Source of the DNA: a virus
Lineage: Duplodnaviria; Heunggongvirae; Uroviricota; Caudoviricetes
DNA length: 48,315 bases
Virus record (IMG/VR): IMGVR_UViG_2565956711_000009
Span: 1-48,315 of that record
Reading direction: 5' to 3' (one strand)
The stretch's first letter is position 1. Each line of letters opens with the position of its first letter. This document shows positions 28,031 through 37,205 of this stretch, in pieces. The notes beneath the pieces were generated by a model. The model was not told the origin of the DNA and did no database searches. It worked only from the letters and a program-made list of their open reading frames with translations. Both the position numbers and the translations under genes were made by a program.

Positions 28031-28152
28031 TGAATTTTTTTGGCTTCGGAACGACTGAACGGATTCCCAGCGTTAGAGATGAATCTATCCAGTTTTTCCG
28101 CGAAATGCAATACCTATTTCCTATATATTTTCAACATTAGGGAAAATTATTT

Positions 28153-28962
28153 TCATCTCGTTACTTTTGAGAGAATGGAATCAGCCATAGACTCCTGTTT
28201 ATGGCATTCGGCGACCAACTCCTCAAATAGCGGCTGAAGTTGCTCATATGCCGCCGTTTTCTTTATCTCCGCAACAGTATTAACGCCCTCAATTACCGTT
28301 GAGAACTTAAGCCTGGCGTAACCTCTACCACCGCAGCGGTCGCAGGCTTTCATTACTGGAACGCCCTGGCGATCGCTTTCTGCCTTGTCCAGCACCTTAC
28401 CTTTGCCATGGCAGCGACACGAATTGCTGATAACGCCTTTTCCGTTACACGGCTTGCACTTAACTCGCACCACCTCACGCGCCTGTGTCCAGCTCTCCCA
28501 GTCGCTTGGGCGAACGGCACGCGACATTTTCGACCAGTAAGGCGGTTTCCCCCATGGGTATGAGACCTTGTTGGTAAACACTTGCGCCTCTGTAAATCCG
28601 CCACCATCACAGCAATCACATTTTCGAGTGCTGGCAGCACTTCTTGAATAATCCTGGTATGCAAAAGCGCAGAGAACCTTAAGCACGCCTGACCGAGCTG
28701 ATTCATCGAGTTCAGACAGTGCTCTGAATTTACCTGATAACTTACGTGCCTGCTCATAGAGTCTCTCCAGTGCTATATCTGGGCTGCTAATGCCGATTTT
28801 CGAGAGGTAAAGATCGAAACCAAACCCGCACTTGTGGCCAGCAAGGCCAAGCGCCGCCATAACGTCAGTGCCGGTGAGACTGTCTGATGCGGTTGCGCGA
28901 GGAGAGTCACTGAACATCGGTGATTTAGGCGCAAAGTATTTAGCGATTGATTCGAGGTTCAT
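28153..28962 (-). CDS. Q: Late antiterminator Q (phage-82 type)
   Basis: MNLESIAKYFAPKSPMFSDSPRATASDSLTGTDVMAA... matches recalled Q82 N-terminus; Cys-rich zinc motifs. Confidence 0.85.
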   Translation of the reverse strand: MNLESIAKYFAPKSPMFSDSPRATASDSLTGTDVMAALGLAGHKCGFGFDLYLSKIGISSPDIALERLYEQARKLSGKFRALSELDESARSGVLKVLCAFAYQDYSRSAASTRKCDCCDGGGFTEAQVFTNKVSYPWGKPPYWSKMSRAVRPSDWESWTQAREVVRVKCKPCNGKGVISNSCRCHGKGKVLDKAESDRQGVPVMKACDRCGGRGYARLKFSTVIEGVNTVAEIKKTAAYEQLQPLFEELVAECHKQESMADSILSKVTR

Positions 28963-29074
28963 TATGCGGCTTCCTTCTGTGGCTGGTGGGTTTTGGTCTG
29001 GCTGTGCTTTACTATTGGCGGCATGCTGGCGCGCTTAACGCTTTCTGCCTGGTAACGGAGGAAATCGGCTTGGT

Positions 29075-29716
29075 TCATGCGGCCTCCCACTGTTTCAGTG
29101 CTTTGAGCTTGGCGCGGTATTCATCGCGGATCCGAATGAAGTCTTCACGGCGGTAGTTGGTCATTTCGTGGGGGCCGTTGAGCCAGTCCACGTACTCCTG
29201 CCCGTAACGAGCGACCAGACCAGCTTCGTATTGCTGCGCTACCGTCGCCTCTTTGGCGGTATATTTGCCCGCTCCGGCATTACAGGATTTGCACTGCTTA
29301 TGGGCATTGCGCTCTTCAAAGCGCAGTTCAGGGTAAGCACCTACTGTTTTGAAGTGGCCGCAGTCCCATTGGCCGCCATGCAGATCTGGCGGGTTGGTCT
29401 CTCCGCAGCTGATGCATGGCAAATCAGCATCGCGCGCACGGATGTAGGCGTTGAATGCCTGCTGAGCCTGCGCTTTGTAGTAACCTGCTGGGCGTAGCTC
29501 TGCCAGCCTCTCCTTGCGGCGTTTGCGCCCGGCCTTCTCTGCCTCCTTCTGCTCCTTAATGCGCTTAGCAGCGGCTTTCACCTTCTCCTTTTGACGTTCT
29601 TCCATCGCGAGGATTGCGCCGTGCTCCTGGCTGCACCAGCGGATCCGGATATCGTGGAATTTCGGCACGAAGTATTCCCCGCATACTTTGCACTTACGGC
29701 GGGATGGTTTACGCAT
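29075..29716 (-). CDS. ninG: NinG / Rap recombination protein
   Basis: KCKVCGEYF...LPCISCGE...[27 protein letters not shown] matches recalled lambda NinG cysteine motifs. Confidence 0.8.
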   Translation of the reverse strand: MRKPSRRKCKVCGEYFVPKFHDIRIRWCSQEHGAILAMEERQKEKVKAAAKRIKEQKEAEKAGRKRRKERLAELRPAGYYKAQAQQAFNAYIRARDADLPCISCGETNPPDLHGGQWDCGHFKTVGAYPELRFEERNAHKQCKSCNAGAGKYTAKEATVAQQYEAGLVARYGQEYVDWLNGPHEMTNYRREDFIRIRDEYRAKLKALKQWEAA

Positions 29717-30377
29717 GTTCACCGCCTTGCACCTTTACCAGCGTGAGGTTTCCGCAGAACACGGCGCCGGTGTCGATGTACATCTGGTTGGCATACTTCA
29801 GGGGCTGGCGCGCTGGGGTGTGGCCGAAGATAAACAGATCAGCACCGGCTATCGTCGATACAATGCCGTCCTGTACGTCGCTAACCCTCTCACGATTCCA
29901 GATGACCATATCTTTCGGGATGGGCTTATCGAACGCATATTCGTTATGCGGGTAGTCAGCGTGGCAGATAACGATTTTACGCTCAGCGGTAACCAGCTCG
30001 ATGACGAGTGGCAGCTCAGCTGCTTTGTGAACCAGAGCCTTAGCCAGCACTTCTTTGTCATAGTCGAGATTGAAGAACCAGCCGCCACCATTTGCCAACC
30101 AGTGATTGACGTTCCCATACTCCGATAGCCCATCAATCATCATCTGCTCATGGTTTCCTCGCACAGCCCGGAACCAAGGCATAGTAATCAGCTCCAGGCG
30201 CTCGACGTTTTCCGCGCCGCGGTCAACAAGGTCTCCAACCGAAATCAGCAAATCACACGCAGGGTCGAACGAAACTTTTCCGAGCTCATTCATCAGCAGC
30301 GTGTAGCACCCATGCAGATCGCCGACGACGAAAATATTGCGCCAGTCAGCGCCATTAATGCGTTGATACATGCTCAT
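29709..30377 (-). CDS. Ser/Thr protein phosphatase (lambda NinI-like metallophosphoesterase)
   Basis: Motifs GDLHG, GDLVDRG, GNHE; start taken at MSMYQRING. Confidence 0.8.
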   Translation of the reverse strand: MSMYQRINGADWRNIFVVGDLHGCYTLLMNELGKVSFDPACDLLISVGDLVDRGAENVERLELITMPWFRAVRGNHEQMMIDGLSEYGNVNHWLANGGGWFFNLDYDKEVLAKALVHKAAELPLVIELVTAERKIVICHADYPHNEYAFDKPIPKDMVIWNRERVSDVQDGIVSTIAGADLFIFGHTPARQPLKYANQMYIDTGAVFCGNLTLVKVQGGEHA

Positions 30378-30544
30378 GCAGATTTTCTCCTCGCCGCGAG
30401 TCGCAGCCATTTCTGATCCACCAGGCGGGCGGTGTAGCCCTTCAATGTTGGGATATCAGACGGCTTAATCGCGGGCTTACGCTTACGGCGCGCCGGAACG
30501 CGGAAAATTTCGTTGGTGATGACGCGGGATAGTGGAGTAGACAT
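30374..30544 (-). CDS. NinE-like small protein
   Basis: 56-aa ORF below the track cutoff ([30 protein letters not shown]...), ATGA-coupled to NinB stop; NinE assignment from memory only. Confidence 0.45.
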   Translation of the reverse strand: MSTPLSRVITNEIFRVPARRKRKPAIKPSDIPTLKGYTARLVDQKWLRLAARRKSA

Positions 30545-30999
30545 CACGCCTCCTGCTTATCGCGCAGCTGCTGGTATTCGCAACCGTTCGGAATTGTCAG
30601 GGCCAGACCGAACTGGGCGCACCACATTTCAACCTTCACCAGGAAGATATGCATTTCGCCTGTATCGAGGTCGGCGGTGTGGCGTGGCTCCCAGGTCGTG
30701 GTTTTCTCACCGGTGATGAAGTCGGTGTAGGTCACCTCTTCACAGCCGAGATAGGTTTTCTTGAGGTTGCGCTTAACCCACTCCGGAGTCGCGTCGGTAC
30801 GTCCGGAGCTAACCAGGTACTCGCTGATTTCCGTGTACCACATGTGGCTGAGCGCGTTCTGCGACAGGCTGCGCTTCTCGCGCCATGGCTTAACCTGAAG
30901 GCGGAAACATTGCCCGGCATCCAGCAATGGCTGAATCTGCTGGCCAATGGCCGCGAAGTTGCCGCGATGGAGTTTGATACCGTCTACTGGCAGAGTCAT
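30544..30999 (-). CDS. ninB: NinB recombination protein
   Basis: 151 aa; synteny within nin region. Confidence 0.7.
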   Translation of the reverse strand: MTLPVDGIKLHRGNFAAIGQQIQPLLDAGQCFRLQVKPWREKRSLSQNALSHMWYTEISEYLVSSGRTDATPEWVKRNLKKTYLGCEEVTYTDFITGEKTTTWEPRHTADLDTGEMHIFLVKVEMWCAQFGLALTIPNGCEYQQLRDKQEA

Positions 31000-31009
31000 A
31001 CGGCCTCCT

Positions 31010-31215
31010 TAATGGAAACCGCAGAATGCAGAAAATCGCAGGTGCATTTCTGCATCTGTGACAAGGTGAGAAGTTCATATTGTGGTCGCATTTAAGTCCC
31101 CTTAAATGCGCAGAAGTCACTGACGGGTGTTCAGGCCGTCAGTACAGATAGTATGGACGGTTGATTCAACAAAATCAACGCAAGAGAAAGGCCTCCGAAA
31201 AGGCCTGTTTCTTAT
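31010..31215. promoter_or_regulatory. Intergenic leader with consecutive stem-loops upstream of nin genes
   Basis: Inverted repeats ATGCAGAAA/TTTCTGCAT, CGCATTTAAG/CTTAAATGCG, CTGACGG/CCGTCAG, GTTGAT/ATCAAC, AGGCC/GGCCT. Confidence 0.4.
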
Positions 31216-31227
31216 GCGTCGGATGGG

Positions 31228-31476
31228 TTAGGCATCCGGCACCTTTAGCGCAGCTTCAGGAACGGTGTCAGCAATCCAACCGGAGCACTTCCTGCACCGA
31301 AAAACCGTTACACCATCCTGCGAATAAATAAACTGACCTATCACCTCGGGCTCTACATTCTCATCCGGATAAAACGGCCTCTTCCTGTCGGTGCGTCCGC
31401 ATGACTTCGGATGGGCGTTTAACTCGATGCTGATTGGCTCGCCGCAGCTGCATGTACCCTGGATGATTTCCATCAC
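31228..31476 (-). CDS. Small zinc-ribbon protein, unknown function
   Basis: 82 aa with CxC...CxxC pattern. Confidence 0.5.
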   Translation of the reverse strand: MMEIIQGTCSCGEPISIELNAHPKSCGRTDRKRPFYPDENVEPEVIGQFIYSQDGVTVFRCRKCSGWIADTVPEAALKVPDA

Positions 31477-32201
31477 TTCTCCTCCTTCTTCGCCAGCTCC
31501 CGCATGGCATCGCCATAACGTTCCATGCCTTTGGCAAGCGCCTGAGTAACCTCCTGCTGCGGTGCTGCTGGATACGCGCTACCTTCCTGACCTGGTTCAT
31601 TGCTTCCGGTGCATGCATTACGGTGGTCATTGGCATGAGGGCAGCGCTTGTTACCGCATTCAGGGCAAACGACGAAGCGCATGTCGGAAATGGTCACCGG
31701 GCGGCAGGTGCGGCACCAGCAATCAGGAGCGTTGAGAGCATCGCGCTCTGCAAAGATTTTCTCAGCGTCGATTTCAATGCCGGAGTTACGAATGGTTTCC
31801 ACCGCATCGCGCAACTTGTAAGCCGTCGTTACAGGTTTGGCACCCTGAAGCATTGCTGCGCGATAGGCGTTCCAGCCGACAGCTTTTCCGTGTTCAAACG
31901 CGCTGTCAAAGTCATCATCAATTTCCATCGCAGCGGGCACAGATACCGGCGCTGGCGGGGCGGTGTAAAGCGGCGTTACTTCTCGCAGCGGGTCGGCATA
32001 AGCATTGCCACTATCGAAGCTGACGTTGTTTTTTGCCCCGCCTCCTGACAGCAACCACGCCACCGGCTCCGCTTCGAGCGATGCCAGCGCTATACGCGCC
32101 ATCTCTTTGACAACGTCACAGTTTTTATTTCCTTCGCAATCATCCATCAAAAGCCAATCGTCATTGATTATTTCTTTAATCTTATCCCGTGAAAGTTCCA
32201 T
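31473..32201 (-). CDS. Hypothetical phage protein with C-terminal Cys/His cluster
   Basis: 242 aa; C-terminal CPECGNKRCPHANDHRNACTGSNEPGQ. Confidence 0.55.
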   Translation of the reverse strand: MELSRDKIKEIINDDWLLMDDCEGNKNCDVVKEMARIALASLEAEPVAWLLSGGGAKNNVSFDSGNAYADPLREVTPLYTAPPAPVSVPAAMEIDDDFDSAFEHGKAVGWNAYRAAMLQGAKPVTTAYKLRDAVETIRNSGIEIDAEKIFAERDALNAPDCWCRTCRPVTISDMRFVVCPECGNKRCPHANDHRNACTGSNEPGQEGSAYPAAPQQEVTQALAKGMERYGDAMRELAKKEEK

Positions 32202-32401
32202 TAATTCACCGCCTTAGCTTTACGCTCTGCTTCACTAAAATCCCAGTCAACACGATGCGATATTTCAATTGCCGCCCTAACGGAATGCTCAATCATGATG
32301 TCGAGCTTTTGAAGTGTCATGGCCATATTTGGATTTCGAGCCAATATTTCTGCGCGAAGAATTTGCCAGTCATTGCATGTTTCAAGTAATGAATTAGCCA
32401 T
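32201..32401 (-). CDS. Small hypothetical protein
   Basis: About 66 aa from MANSLLETCNDWQ; coupled to neighbours. Confidence 0.35.
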   Translation of the reverse strand: MANSLLETCNDWQILRAEILARNPNMAMTLQKLDIMIEHSVRAAIEISHRVDWDFSEAERKAKAVN

Positions 32402-32783
32402 TATCTTTACCCCGCGCTCCATATGCAGATAAGCACTCTTCAAATCCAGCCTGATTATCCGTTTGACCAAAACTGAAGCCATGCTGAAGACCATGACGAA
32501 ATGCGCTATCTTGCAATTTATCTGCGCTATCGAGCTTCGCTTCCAGTTCAGCGATTCGCTTCTCTGCGGCTTCCAGCGATGCCAGCAGCGCCAGCACGGT
32601 GGCGGGGTTGGCTGCGGCGATAAATGCAGCATCACGCGCTTCGTTTTCACTGAATACCATGGCTATTTGCTCATGGTTCACGCCGTCAGTGGAGTAAATC
32701 TCATCGTCGAACTCAACAGCCCACCGGCCTTTCGTCGCCTTCTCCGCCGCTTCACGCAGAGCCTGGTAATTAATCTCGCTCAC
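32394..32783 (-). CDS. Ead/Ea22-like protein
   Basis: 129 aa MSEINYQALREAAEKATKGRW...; assignment from memory. Confidence 0.5.
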   Translation of the reverse strand: MSEINYQALREAAEKATKGRWAVEFDDEIYSTDGVNHEQIAMVFSENEARDAAFIAAANPATVLALLASLEAAEKRIAELEAKLDSADKLQDSAFRHGLQHGFSFGQTDNQAGFEECLSAYGARGKDNG

Positions 32784-33394
32784 TGGTTGCCTCCTTTGCG
32801 AAGCTGGGCGGCGATATCTTCGAGAACGCCATCAGAGAATGAGCGGTCAAAATCGCCTTCCGGCGCATTAGCCATAAACTCAGTAGAGGTAAGAATCATC
32901 CTGGCAATATCCGCGGCGTTCTTTGCAGTATCATCAATAAAACCAGCTTCCCAGGCAGCCAGCATTCTGTTCGCCACAAAGTAAGCTCCCTCCTTGCGTG
33001 CTTCAGTCTTCACTTCAGCCAGGAAAGCGTCGGTGGCTGGGGTTTTGTTATCTGACTCCAGCCACTGGTTGTAGTAATAATCGAACATGCCAGTAGGATA
33101 ACCACATCCGCTGTGCACGTGGTCTTTCATAGCAGAACCACACATGCAGTAGTCATTGTCAGTATTGCTAATGATGTCGATAAGTTGCTGTGTCCGTTGC
33201 TTCAACATCGCATTCTCCGCAGCCAGCGCCGCGCATCTGGCTTTAAGCTCTGATAATCGGTCACTGCATTCCGCCAGCACCACATCAACATCGGTATCAA
33301 GCGGAGGAACATGCATGCTGGCGCGGCCTTTGGTGAAGTCTTCAAGTGCCTTTTCGATTCGTTCTTTCAGTGCTGGCTGTGTATTATTTTTCAT
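32780..33394 (-). CDS. Hypothetical phage protein
   Basis: About 204 aa from MKNNTQPALKERIEKA; ATGA coupling with upstream gene. Confidence 0.5.
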   Translation of the reverse strand: MKNNTQPALKERIEKALEDFTKGRASMHVPPLDTDVDVVLAECSDRLSELKARCAALAAENAMLKQRTQQLIDIISNTDNDYCMCGSAMKDHVHSGCGYPTGMFDYYYNQWLESDNKTPATDAFLAEVKTEARKEGAYFVANRMLAAWEAGFIDDTAKNAADIARMILTSTEFMANAPEGDFDRSFSDGVLEDIAAQLRKGGNQ

Positions 33395-33732
33395 GCTCTC
33401 ACCCCGTATACGCTTAAAATTCTTCTCATCGCCGCGCTGTTGCGGCACTCCTGGCAGATCACGTTTGCCTCTGTACGCTGCACCAGCTTCGAATTTCCCT
33501 TCGGCATAGCCGGGATTGTTTCTGGTGCGTATTTCATGCCGTAATCGGTCAGCCGATAAAGCCGCTGTCCGTGCTTGCCTTCGAACTCGATCAAGCCGTC
33601 TGCCAGCAGCGTGCTCACCGTTCCGGATATCTTTTTGGTGGTCATGCCGATCATGCTGGCAATACGAGCACTGTTCAGGCCCGGGTTGTTACGCAGGGCT
33701 GCAAGAATCTGCCCGCGGATTGTTATGGTCAT
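33391..33732 (-). CDS. Winged-helix DNA-binding protein
   Basis: 113 aa; N-terminal wHTH-like segment ILAALRNNPGLNSARIASMIGMTTKKISGTVSTLLADGLI. Confidence 0.5.
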   Translation of the reverse strand: MTITIRGQILAALRNNPGLNSARIASMIGMTTKKISGTVSTLLADGLIEFEGKHGQRLYRLTDYGMKYAPETIPAMPKGNSKLVQRTEANVICQECRNSAAMRRILSVYGVRA

Positions 33733-34583
33733 GCTGCCCCCTTAGAACGGTAAGAATCCCACGTGAATGACAGAGTGCACCCGCCGCCATCGCTCATGCG
33801 GTCAAGAACGCGCTCGCCGATGAATGCTGCCAGCTCTTCCCTTGTCTGGTTGCTGATCAGGATGGTCGGCTTCATCCGCTCGTACCGGGTGTTGATGATT
33901 TCGAACATGATCAGCTTCTCGGCCTCGCTGCCGAACTGGACGCCAACCTCGTCGATGATCAAAAGGTCCGGAGTGGTGAAGTGCGCAATCACGTCGTTCT
34001 CGCTGCGCGTCGCAGTTTTCGACCACGTTGATTTGAACTCACGGGCAATCTTCAGCGCGGTGGTAAAAATTACCGGGCTCTGGTGTTTCTCGATGACATC
34101 ACGGGCGATCGCCAGGGCAAGGTGGTTTTTACCGGTTCCCGGCTTGCCGCACATCACCAGACCACCTCCCTGCTTCAGCCGCTCGGGCCACTTCGCGGCA
34201 TACGCCTGACAAACCCGCAGCGCACGTTCTGACTCCTTGCCAACCGGCTGATAGTTTTCCAGCGTGCACGTCACAAAGCGCTCAGGGATTTCGAGCTGAC
34301 GCAGCAGGCGATCGATGTTCTGCTGGCGAGTGCGGTCTTCCCAACGCTTTTTCTCGTCATACAGGAAGCTCAGCTCATCGCGAAGGCAGCCCGGACAACG
34401 AGTCGGCGGCGACGGCAGCTTGATTAGGCTGCTGGTAAGCACGCGTTTACGCTGTTCGTATTCGCCGTGTTTCTCGCAAAGCACCGTTTCGAAGACGGTC
34501 TCGCAGTTAGGGAGTTGCTCTGGCGGCCTGCCGAGAACTTCCAGCATTTTTTCGATAGCGTCGATTTTTTCGAGCAGCTCCAT
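33729..34583 (-). CDS. Replication protein, DnaC/IstB-like AAA+ helicase loader
   Basis: Walker A GKPGTGKNHLA and Walker B LLIIDEVG; start taken at MELLEKID. Confidence 0.8.
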   Translation of the reverse strand: MELLEKIDAIEKMLEVLGRPPEQLPNCETVFETVLCEKHGEYEQRKRVLTSSLIKLPSPPTRCPGCLRDELSFLYDEKKRWEDRTRQQNIDRLLRQLEIPERFVTCTLENYQPVGKESERALRVCQAYAAKWPERLKQGGGLVMCGKPGTGKNHLALAIARDVIEKHQSPVIFTTALKIAREFKSTWSKTATRSENDVIAHFTTPDLLIIDEVGVQFGSEAEKLIMFEIINTRYERMKPTILISNQTREELAAFIGERVLDRMSDGGGCTLSFTWDSYRSKGAA

Positions 34584-34585
34584 AC

Positions 34586-35440
34586 TCAGTCCCTCGCCCA
34601 TGACGGGATTTCAGTCTGGCCATAGTCCTTGCCAGCGAAGTTCTCGGATACGCGAGTCTGATTGCGGGCTGGCTGCTTGATGCCTTTCGGTTCAAACAAT
34701 CCCTGCCAGCCGTTCGCAATGCTCTGGTTGATGATTTCTTCAGGCTGATATCCGCTGCACTTGCAACGCTCGAGCAGGTTGATGGCCTGGGTAACCGTCT
34801 GCTGAGACTTGATCGGTTTCTTCAGGTCGCGACGATAATCGACCCATGACTTCCAGACTGAAACTGACAGCCATTCAGGAAGGTCAACACCGGCCGGATC
34901 GAACGAAGCCGGTTTGGGGGATTTAGGGGGTTTATTAATATTGTCTTTATTGTCTTTTGTATGTTTGTCTTTTGTGTTTACCTGATTTGGGTAAGTGTCG
35001 TTACCTGATTCGGGTAAACATTTCTTACCTGATACGGGTAAATTTACCTCTTTCAGGTAAACTTTATTTTCGTTACCTGATTTGGGTAATTTCACCCATT
35101 CGCTGACCGCTTTGTTAATCCCCACAGTTCGCCCGATTTGGGTAAATACCCCGCGCTTAACTAACGCGCTTTTAGCAGCAGAGCATTTGTGTGGGAGGAT
35201 GCCGGTCAGGGCAGATAACTGATCATTGCTTACCCAGTCTGCCTTTTTGTTGAAACCGTATGTTTTGCGCATTACTGCCATGAAGACCAGCAGCTGATGC
35301 TGAGACAATCCAGCCAGCATGACAGCCTCCAGAAGTTCATTGGCGATGCGCGTATAGCCATCATCAAGATCTGCCACGCGCGGCTCCTTAGGTGCCACGT
35401 CAGGCACAGGGAAATTGATTACTTCGGCAGTGTTTGCCAT
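34586..35440 (-). CDS. Replication initiator (lambda O-like) containing ori
   Basis: 284 aa; iterons and AT-rich tract embedded mid-gene. Confidence 0.75.
   Translation of the reverse strand: MANTAEVINFPVPDVAPKEPRVADLDDGYTRIANELLEAVMLAGLSQHQLLVFMAVMRKTYGFNKKADWVSNDQLSALTGILPHKCSAAKSALVKRGVFTQIGRTVGINKAVSEWVKLPKSGNENKVYLKEVNLPVSGKKCLPESGNDTYPNQVNTKDKHTKDNKDNINKPPKSPKPASFDPAGVDLPEWLSVSVWKSWVDYRRDLKKPIKSQQTVTQAINLLERCKCSGYQPEEIINQSIANGWQGLFEPKGIKQPARNQTRVSENFAGKDYGQTEIPSWARD
34930..35089. repeat. Origin of replication: five 17-bp iterons plus AT-rich tract
   Basis: TTACCTGATNNGGGTAA at 34978, 35001, 35025, 35044, 35073; AT-rich 34930-34977 with TTGTCTTT x3. Confidence 0.8.
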
Positions 35441-35525
35441 AATTGCTCCTGTGAATTGATCCAGTTAATTCCACCAGAAAGCTGTTGGTGTTCGAGCACC
35501 ACAGCTTTCGCCATTTCTGTTGTTC

Positions 35526-36068
35526 TCACATAACCCCCAGCATCGATGTCACCATCGTCATCAGCGGCCCTACCTGCTCCGGCATGAGGCGAAACAATGA
35601 CGCTATGCCCTCGCTTACCTCCTTCATTTTCTGGTGCTCAGGCGCGTTCAGGAGAACGGCTTGCTTTGCTTCTGAACATTCCTTCATGGCAGATGCGATC
35701 AGCGACATGGTGTCGTTCTGCGGCGCCAGGCGTGTACGAAACTCAACAGGAAGAACAGCCATGATTGCCGGGGTCAGTTCTCTAACGTTCTCGCGGTACT
35801 GATCGGAGTCGAAGCGGTTATCCAGAAAGCGAAAAAGTTTCTGGCGCGCCCTGCTGATGTCTTCTGGGAAGCTGATGGCGGTACCGCCCTGCTCCCGGTA
35901 TTCGTTGATGATCAGCGCTGACACTACGTCCTGATTGTCCAGGGACGACGACCATGCACGGACCGCATCGCGGATTTTGTCGTGACCTGGCTCCGCCTTA
36001 GGTTGAGCGCGGTTTATCATCGCTCCCGGGTGTATTCCGGTATTGTGTTGATACGCAAGTGAATGCAT
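35526..36068 (-). CDS. CII-position regulatory protein, possibly YdaT-family
   Basis: 180 aa downstream of cro-like gene; family from weak recollection. Confidence 0.4.
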   Translation of the reverse strand: MHSLAYQHNTGIHPGAMINRAQPKAEPGHDKIRDAVRAWSSSLDNQDVVSALIINEYREQGGTAISFPEDISRARQKLFRFLDNRFDSDQYRENVRELTPAIMAVLPVEFRTRLAPQNDTMSLIASAMKECSEAKQAVLLNAPEHQKMKEVSEGIASLFRLMPEQVGPLMTMVTSMLGVM

Positions 36069-36098
36069 TGCTTTCCCTTTCGTGGTTAGGGCCGCCGG

Positions 36099-36344
36099 TC
36101 AGGCGGCTGTCGATTCATTTTTAATTCGGTCAGGGTTTGCAGCCTGTAGTAGCCACTCTGCCGTAAACTGCCCTTTTGATGCGTCAGCCAAAAGCTGTGA
36201 ATAGTTGGTTTTCTCTGTGTACTCAGTGCGAGGCAACGCCGCGTTCTTTACCCACTTGTGAATAGCAACATTCGACAGACCACATAGGCGTGCCGCTGCG
36301 GTTTGTCCGCCTACAGCTTCGATTGCAAATTGCATTGGGTTCAT
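36099..36344 (-). CDS. cro: Cro-like HTH regulator
   Basis: 81 aa with HTH QTAAARLCGLSNVAIHKWVKN; divergent from cI. Confidence 0.7.
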   Translation of the reverse strand: MNPMQFAIEAVGGQTAAARLCGLSNVAIHKWVKNAALPRTEYTEKTNYSQLLADASKGQFTAEWLLQAANPDRIKNESTAA

Positions 36345-36428
36345 AGTGTTTTCCGTTAACTATATTAACTACGAGTTAAGGTTATATCTTAACTGACAGT
36401 TATGTCAACTCTAATTGATAATTAACAC
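36345..36428. promoter_or_regulatory. Immunity region: divergent pR / pRM promoters and operator palindromes
   Basis: Minus strand TTGACA-16-TATAAC (pR); + strand CTGACA-18-GATAAT ending 7 nt before cI ATG; palindrome GTTAAG-N7-CTTAAC at 36375-36393. Confidence 0.6.
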
Positions 36429-37205
36429 ATGGTTAAAAAAGACGATTTAAAAGAAGAATTCTCGAAGAGACTTCGCGCTGCATTGCTTGATGCTGGCGTG
36501 GGTGGGCGTGGGCAGGCTGGCAGGATCAGGGAAGCTATGAAGTCCCAAGGGATTGCTGTATCTGAGCCCGGGATCTGGAAGTGGCTTAACGCATCAGCAA
36601 TACCAGACCAAACCAATATCCTTGCACTTAGCCGCTGGCTTGGGGTTCGCCCTGAGTGGCTGGAATACGGAAGGAATGATCCTGAACCTGAACTGCACAG
36701 GGTATCATCCATCCCGCCTGAATCTGAGTGGGGAACTGTCGACGCTTGGGACAAAAATACCCCCCTACCTGACGATGAGGTGGAAGTACCGTTTCTGAAG
36801 GATATCGAGTTTGCGTGTGGTGATGGACGAGTACACGATGAGGATCACAATGGTTTTAAGCTCAGGTTCTCAAAGGCAACCCTCCGCCGCGTTGGAGCTA
36901 ACACAGATGGGTCTGGCATCCTGTGTTTCCCTGCTACTGGCGACAGCATGGAACCTGTGATACCGGATGGTACGACTGTAGCCGTCGATACGAACAACAA
37001 ACGCATAGTTGATGGGAAACTGTATGCCATTGGTCAGACAGATGGCGGGAATGGTCAACTCAAGCGCATTAAACAGCTGTATCGTAAGCCAGGTGGGAAG
37101 CTGATCATCCGCAGCTACAACAATGAGGCCTACCCTGATGAAGAAGCTGACATTGATGATGTTGAGATAATCGGCCGCCTCTTCTGGTACTCGGTACTGC
37201 TGTAG
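36429..37205 (+). CDS. cI: CI-type repressor (HTH + S24 peptidase domain)
   Basis: 258 aa; N-terminal HTH; C-terminal GDSMEP and LKRI catalytic motifs; no RBS, likely leaderless. Confidence 0.85.
   Translation: MVKKDDLKEEFSKRLRAALLDAGVGGRGQAGRIREAMKSQGIAVSEPGIWKWLNASAIPDQTNILALSRWLGVRPEWLEYGRNDPEPELHRVSSIPPESEWGTVDAWDKNTPLPDDEVEVPFLKDIEFACGDGRVHDEDHNGFKLRFSKATLRRVGANTDGSGILCFPATGDSMEPVIPDGTTVAVDTNNKRIVDGKLYAIGQTDGGNGQLKRIKQLYRKPGGKLIIRSYNNEAYPDEEADIDDVEIIGRLFWYSVLL

Noticed and set aside
28982-28989. Chi site GCTGGTGG
   Set aside because: A single octamer is expected by chance in 48 kb; no clustering or orientation pattern was assessed.
30150-30416. 88-aa + strand ORF between NinI-like and NinB genes
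   Set aside because: Antisense to the minus-strand nin operon and overlaps the better-supported 56-aa NinE-like ORF, which is ATGA-coupled to NinB.
34978-35089. Direct repeats in the O-like gene and the TAACC repeats near 38620-38700 as a possible CRISPR array
   Set aside because: Repeats are 17 bp with irregular 19-29 bp spacing, inside a coding gene or a promoter, with no cas genes; they fit replication iterons and operator sites.
36090-36107. GCCGCC-ggtca-GGCGGC hairpin at the cro stop as a nutR boxB
   Set aside because: No boxA-like sequence accompanies it and it overlaps the cro stop codon; insufficient support for a nut site.
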